NCBI GenBank assembly: GCA_964625235.1
Contig: CAZVAZ010000001.1
Location: forward strand, 857-64,856
Length of the DNA: 64,000 nt
Direction of reading: 5' to 3'
From: an uncultured Hyphomicrobiales bacterium
GTDB taxonomy: Bacteria; Pseudomonadota; Alphaproteobacteria; Rhizobiales; JAJFHR01
In this document: positions 60,048 through 64,000 of the stretch, piece by piece
How positions within the stretch are numbered: the first letter of the stretch is position 1
Layout of the letters: each line of letters opens with the position of its first letter
The notes under the pieces: generated by a model
What the model was told of the DNA's origin: nothing
The model's input: the letters and a program-made list of their open reading frames with translations, nothing else
Databases searched by the model: none
Position numbers and translations under genes: made by a program

Positions 60048-62102
60048 TTACTCGACGCGAACGCCTGCGAGAACCAAACCATCACGCAGGCGTTCCCAGA
60101 CTTTTTGATCACGAATTGGAAAGCAGTGTAACAGCCATCTGGCTATCTCTGCGTCATTGGGATTTGAACTGCCCCGCCAGTTTTTTCGAGTAACCTGCAG
60201 AAATTTCTGTGCCTCGTCGCGGGCTTCTTCAGGGCGTTTCAAGTGGGCCAGCGCGGCTGATTTCCATGCCGATACATATCCAATTGTATCTTTCGACTGG
60301 CTGGCAGCTTCAATGCAGGCCTCATAATCCCCACAGATAAAATGAACACCGGCGCGATAGGCCAGATGCAGCGGGGATGAACTAAGGCCAACGGCAAGAG
60401 CCTGTGTGCTTAAATTGGCGGCCTCGTCGGGTTCGCCGCAATATGCCAGACCAAGCGCGCTGGACACAAGTGTCCACGGATCATTTTCATTTAACTGGCC
60501 GGCGAGGCGATAGTTGAGGATTGCCTTGTCGTAACTGGCATTCATTGCATATGACCAGGCCAGCGAAAGCTGGGTTCGCGAATCAAGGGGATCATTTCTC
60601 ACCGCTTTTTTGGCAAATTCCAAAGCTTCGATGTGTTGTTCATCGGAACGAAAGATGCCTGGATGAATGTGATGTCGGGAATTCATAATTTGGGCCAGGC
60701 TGCTGTAGGCGGTCGCATACTGGGGGCTATCATCGATGATCGAGCGGAAAATTTCTTCGGCCTTTTCTTCATCCCCAAACCGCCAGCGATAGCTTAATTC
60801 CTGGCCGAGGAGCCAGCGGCCGTAAATATCCGACGAGACTGCGATTTGCCCGGTCGTTCGCTGCATCCTGTCAACTGACAGGTAAACATTGAGCGATATT
60901 GCCACGCGACGAACAATGAGCCGTTGCGCCTTGAACCAGCTTTCATCCGTCAGGTCGAGACGTTCACTCCAGACATATCGGGATTGCCCGGTATCTTTAA
61001 GGGTTATAACCATGTGAACACTGTCACCATCTTCCAGATAAGAGCCTTCCAGTGAATAGTCGGTTACAATCCGCGAAGCGGTGGCATCGTCAGTGTTCGT
61101 GTTAAGCTCATCAAACGGGTGGCCCTGCTCAATTATCGACCATTCTCTAAATCGAATGAGGGCTGCTACCATTTCGCGCCTGAAACCATCAATCAGGAAT
61201 TTTTCGCGTCGCCACGGGCCAGCTTGAACAAAGTTTCGAATACCAATGACCGGCAGCTTTTCTTCAGGTGTAATTATTGGCTTTCCCGGCGGGGGGGTGG
61301 TTACCACAATGCGGTTTGATACTACATAGGTTCCACTCTTGACTTCTCCAATAAGATTGACGGTCTCACCATCCGGCTCCATATCGAATTCATTGTCGAG
61401 ATGGTCCCAGAGAGATTTGTATTGCTTCAAAGCGGCAGGCGTGTTGCCCATGTCGGCGTAGTGGCGAATTAAATGGCGATGGGCTTCTTCATGGGTTGGA
61501 TCAATTCTCACCAGCGCCTCAGCCGCTCTGGCGGTTTGAGATGCGCTGAAATCCCCGTTTTTCATGATGGTTTGCAAACCACCATTCAACCGGTCATGCC
61601 AATGCTTTCGAACCACATGGAGCCAGGCGCCAAAAGAGTCGTCCAGCGCTTCATAGCCATAAAGAATACGCTCGGGAATTGATGGTCCATCTGTCAATAT
61701 ATCGTTGACGTGGCCCTCTTTCAGATCATCGTCAATAGAGTTGAGATCCAGGTGAATGAAGTTTCTGTCGAGGAGGACTTCCTGTCGCTCAACCTGCAAT
61801 CCGCCAAAGCCAGTCCTGTCGCATTGATCACGAAGTTGTTTGAGGCATTGTCTGAGGGATGCGCGGGCACGCTCTTCGTCCCGCTCACTCCACAATAAGC
61901 CGGCGATGCGTTCGCGGCTTTCAATTTGATTTTGACCAAGGACCAGATACGCAAGGATTCCGCGGGCCTTGCGGTTTGTGATTGATATTTGTTCCCCGTT
62001 CGCATTTTCCAGCGCGAAACCATCAATTAATCTGACTATCCACCGCTCACCATCAGCGACCTGCTGGATAGATGCCAGCGTACCCATCCACGCCCCAAAC
62101 AA
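60048..62102 (-). CDS. SARP/BTAD-type transcriptional regulator with C-terminal TPR region
   Basis: OmpR-type wHTH (RKARGILAYLVL...SRERIAGLLW). BTAD segment (EEAHRHLIRHYADMGNTPAALKQYKSLWDHLDNEFDMEP). TPR-like helical repeats toward the C-terminus. Confidence 0.7.
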   Translation of the reverse strand: MFGAWMGTLASIQQVADGERWIVRLIDGFALENANGEQISITNRKARGILAYLVLGQNQIESRERIAGLLWSERDEERARASLRQCLKQLRDQCDRTGFGGLQVERQEVLLDRNFIHLDLNSIDDDLKEGHVNDILTDGPSIPERILYGYEALDDSFGAWLHVVRKHWHDRLNGGLQTIMKNGDFSASQTARAAEALVRIDPTHEEAHRHLIRHYADMGNTPAALKQYKSLWDHLDNEFDMEPDGETVNLIGEVKSGTYVVSNRIVVTTPPPGKPIITPEEKLPVIGIRNFVQAGPWRREKFLIDGFRREMVAALIRFREWSIIEQGHPFDELNTNTDDATASRIVTDYSLEGSYLEDGDSVHMVITLKDTGQSRYVWSERLDLTDESWFKAQRLIVRRVAISLNVYLSVDRMQRTTGQIAVSSDIYGRWLLGQELSYRWRFGDEEKAEEIFRSIIDDSPQYATAYSSLAQIMNSRHHIHPGIFRSDEQHIEALEFAKKAVRNDPLDSRTQLSLAWSYAMNASYDKAILNYRLAGQLNENDPWTLVSSALGLAYCGEPDEAANLSTQALAVGLSSSPLHLAYRAGVHFICGDYEACIEAASQSKDTIGYVSAWKSAALAHLKRPEEARDEAQKFLQVTRKNWRGSSNPNDAEIARWLLHCFPIRDQKVWERLRDGLVLAGVRVE

Positions 62103-62156
62103 ATTAATTCAATTAAACTGTGCAAAAATCGATTGTTCCACAATTTACCAAAGTAA

Positions 62157-63515
62157 TCAAATCGGGGAGAGTTTGTTTTCAAAACTGCAATGATCAGCAC
62201 CGGTTTTACTGGCGATGTTTTTGAGTCTTGGACTTATCCAATCGGCTTTTGCCGATTGTAGCCCGGGCACGAGAACACGAACGACAGGTATGTTTATATC
62301 CGGTCGACTGAGATCGATGACGAAGGGGGTGAAGCCGGATTGATCCAGCATCTCAATGACCATGTTATGAGGATCTGACCAAGTTGCCGAAAGGGGGCGA
62401 GTGGCCGGTTTGCATTCTGTCAGCAGGGGGTATTTCCTGATGGACAGGTTTTTATGGCGATTGAGCCAGATGCGGTCTTGTGCACTTAGTCGATTTTCAC
62501 CAAAATACTCGTGCTTGGCTATCGAAATCTCCTGGGCAATTTCCATCTGACACACTTCAAGAAACGCCTTTTTTGCGGCGATTAAAGGATCCGGGTCAGC
62601 TGCAAAGCCAGCGACAACAGCGCTGCCATCAGGCATGGAAGAAAATGCCGCAACTACCGGTACGGCAATCTCGGTGGAAATATCCAGAAACCATATCTGG
62701 CGATCACTGGTACCGCGGCAATCGAGAATAACCTCTTTGAATTCGCTGTTATTTTCAATTTCCGGATTTAAGGCGTATGCGGGTTTTTCACCAAACCACC
62801 ACAAGGCAAAGGCATCACGCTCTATCACTTCTGTCATGCCGGAAAAAACGGCGTGATTGTAATCCCGGCCAGCTCCCACGCCATTACTTTCGGCAGGCCG
62901 CTGTGCCCAGCGAGCGTTGCCAGGCTGTCTTAGAACCAGTCCGCCGGGAAACCAGACGGTGCGCTCATCAATCAGTGAGCTGGCCTGTATCCGAGCGTCC
63001 ATCCCGGGAGCGTCCGGTTGGCCAGGCCCCAATACAGCCTGCACCCAGTCGCGTTCTTGCGGCTGCAGGCCGTCATCGCCATTTCTCAATATGACAACAG
63101 GGTCATTTGGTCTTTGCAGAAATGACAGGTATTCTGCAGCTTCGCCAACACAGCTCTCAAACGCCTGTTGAACAGTGTAGCCACGTCCACCAACGCCGAC
63201 CGACGTTTTACCAAAGCCAAAGAACCCGAATGTTTCAGGTTCTATTATCGCTCCAAAAAAACTGACCTTTGACGAGTACCGGCTCGGCAGGTGAAAAATA
63301 TCCTTAAGCCGCGAGGCGAGGCCCAGCAATGCGCAACGATTCTGGATCGAAGCAGGGGATTGATTTTCCTCAGGCAAATAATTGAGTGTGCTCAAAAAAT
63401 TGGTAACCTGCTGATCCTGAAACCGCGTCTGTGCTGAGTGCGCCAAATGCCTCTCGCAATCGAGAAAAAAGTTCGATTGTACAGGCACGTACTCTGTTTG
63501 ATGTGCTTCAGACAA
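62157..63515 (-). CDS. YcaO-domain protein (ATP-dependent amide-activating enzyme), stand-alone
   Basis: AFESCVGEAAEYLS, ESNGVGAGRDYNHAVFSGMTEVIERDAF and a C-terminal NIPVVRVLVPGLQ. Confidence 0.75.
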   Translation of the reverse strand: MSEAHQTEYVPVQSNFFLDCERHLAHSAQTRFQDQQVTNFLSTLNYLPEENQSPASIQNRCALLGLASRLKDIFHLPSRYSSKVSFFGAIIEPETFGFFGFGKTSVGVGGRGYTVQQAFESCVGEAAEYLSFLQRPNDPVVILRNGDDGLQPQERDWVQAVLGPGQPDAPGMDARIQASSLIDERTVWFPGGLVLRQPGNARWAQRPAESNGVGAGRDYNHAVFSGMTEVIERDAFALWWFGEKPAYALNPEIENNSEFKEVILDCRGTSDRQIWFLDISTEIAVPVVAAFSSMPDGSAVVAGFAADPDPLIAAKKAFLEVCQMEIAQEISIAKHEYFGENRLSAQDRIWLNRHKNLSIRKYPLLTECKPATRPLSATWSDPHNMVIEMLDQSGFTPFVIDLSRPDINIPVVRVLVPGLQSAKADWISPRLKNIASKTGADHCSFENKLSPI

Positions 63516-64000
63516 AACCTATATCCTCCGGGCCGTCAACGATTTTTATTTCGTCGGTTGCTTCAAATGCACCACCAGAAACGTCATGGGGTTGAACTGC
63601 AGACAGATCAAGTCCGCTGAGTTCTGCGATAATATGTATTGGCAGGCGATGGGTTTTGTAATCGCCGAAAGCTTCTTCGATTGAAGGAATGAGGTTTTTT
63701 TGCGTATGAAGATAACCAACGGATCGTAATTCCGATCCGGTTTTGGCGACCGCCACTTTCCAGTAATCTGCCGGTACCTGTACCAGGTTGCGATACAGGG
63801 GATCATCGGCCCGAAAAACCGGCCCGGTAAAAATGGTCAGGCGCTGGCCTTTGTCTTCAGCCCAGTTCAAAAGATAATCTTCAAGCTCCAGCCAGATTTT
63901 GCGGTTCAGCCGGGCATGTTGAGGAGCGGATACGGTATAATGGAATGTGTCAGCTTCAGCGAAACGTGCATCATCCTGCGACCCCCACATTGGTGCCAGG
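63508..64000 (-). CDS. DNA/RNA non-specific (NS/NucA-type) endonuclease, 5' end outside the window
   Basis: The frame is open to the window edge. SAPQHARLNRKIWLELEDYL matches the N-x(n)-PQ-x(n)-N-x2-W-x2-LE core of the family. 8-nt overlap with the YcaO start. Confidence 0.6.
   Translation of the reverse strand, partial: LAPMWGSQDDARFAEADTFHYTVSAPQHARLNRKIWLELEDYLLNWAEDKGQRLTIFTGPVFRADDPLYRNLVQVPADYWKVAVAKTGSELRSVGYLHTQKNLIPSIEEAFGDYKTHRLPIHIIAELSGLDLSAVQPHDVSGGAFEATDEIKIVDGPEDIGFV

Noticed and set aside
1-64000. CRISPR arrays, rRNA or tRNA genes, integrases, intact transposases or prophage genes
   Set aside because: I recognised none while reading the intergenic regions, which are few and short. 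A tRNAscan/Infernal/CRISPR-finder run would be needed to exclude small RNAs rigorously.

Overview
Gene-dense 64 kb stretch of a proteobacterial chromosome, probably marine to judge from the sulfonate, sulfate-ester and iodate-type gene content; GC looks moderate by eye but was not computed. I saw no rRNA, tRNA or CRISPR array. All family calls come from reading motifs in the supplied translations; no searches were run. Five blocks: (i) 1-6.8 kb: tauABC-like sulfonate ABC importer, LysR regulator, a HisD-family dehydrogenase paralog (HpsN-like context) and a DegT-type aminotransferase. (ii) 7.3-27.1 kb: the most interesting part. About 18 genes sit on the minus strand in three transcription units, each preceded by a TTGAC-N4-(A/G)TCAA FNR-type box, next to a Crp/Fnr regulator with its own box. 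The block holds an AioBA/IdrBA-type Rieske plus molybdopterin enzyme with two dihaem cytochrome c peroxidases (the idrABP1P2 signature of dissimilatory iodate reduction). Upstream lies a CydB-less cytochrome bd-like (CydA-like) membrane protein with a dihaem cytochrome c, a trihaem cytochrome c fused to an EB_dh-like domain, and two mini-proteins. Downstream lies an operon with a HEAT-repeat protein, a cupredoxin, a 2xUsp protein with PCP_red-like repeats, a radical-SAM/SPASM-PCP_red protein and a HemY-like oxidase. An IS6-family transposase fragment marks the right edge. (iii) 27.2-34.7 kb: IclR regulator, peptide/opine-type ABC importer and an amidase. (iv) 35-55.6 kb: a metallophosphoesterase fusion, then a 19 kb uninterrupted minus-strand array: GntR, CoA-transferase, split biotin carboxylase with two carboxyltransferase paralogs, two-subunit aconitase-X, second GntR, ComA-family phosphosulfolactate synthase homolog, SsuABC-like importer, TauD/AtsK-like dioxygenase, DUF3604-like hydrolase and a Cys-type sulfatase. 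(v) 55.7-64 kb: accessory mix: NicO-type metal transporter, SET-domain protein, animal-haem-peroxidase-family protein with a small partner, SARP/BTAD-TPR regulator, standalone YcaO and a truncated NS-type endonuclease.
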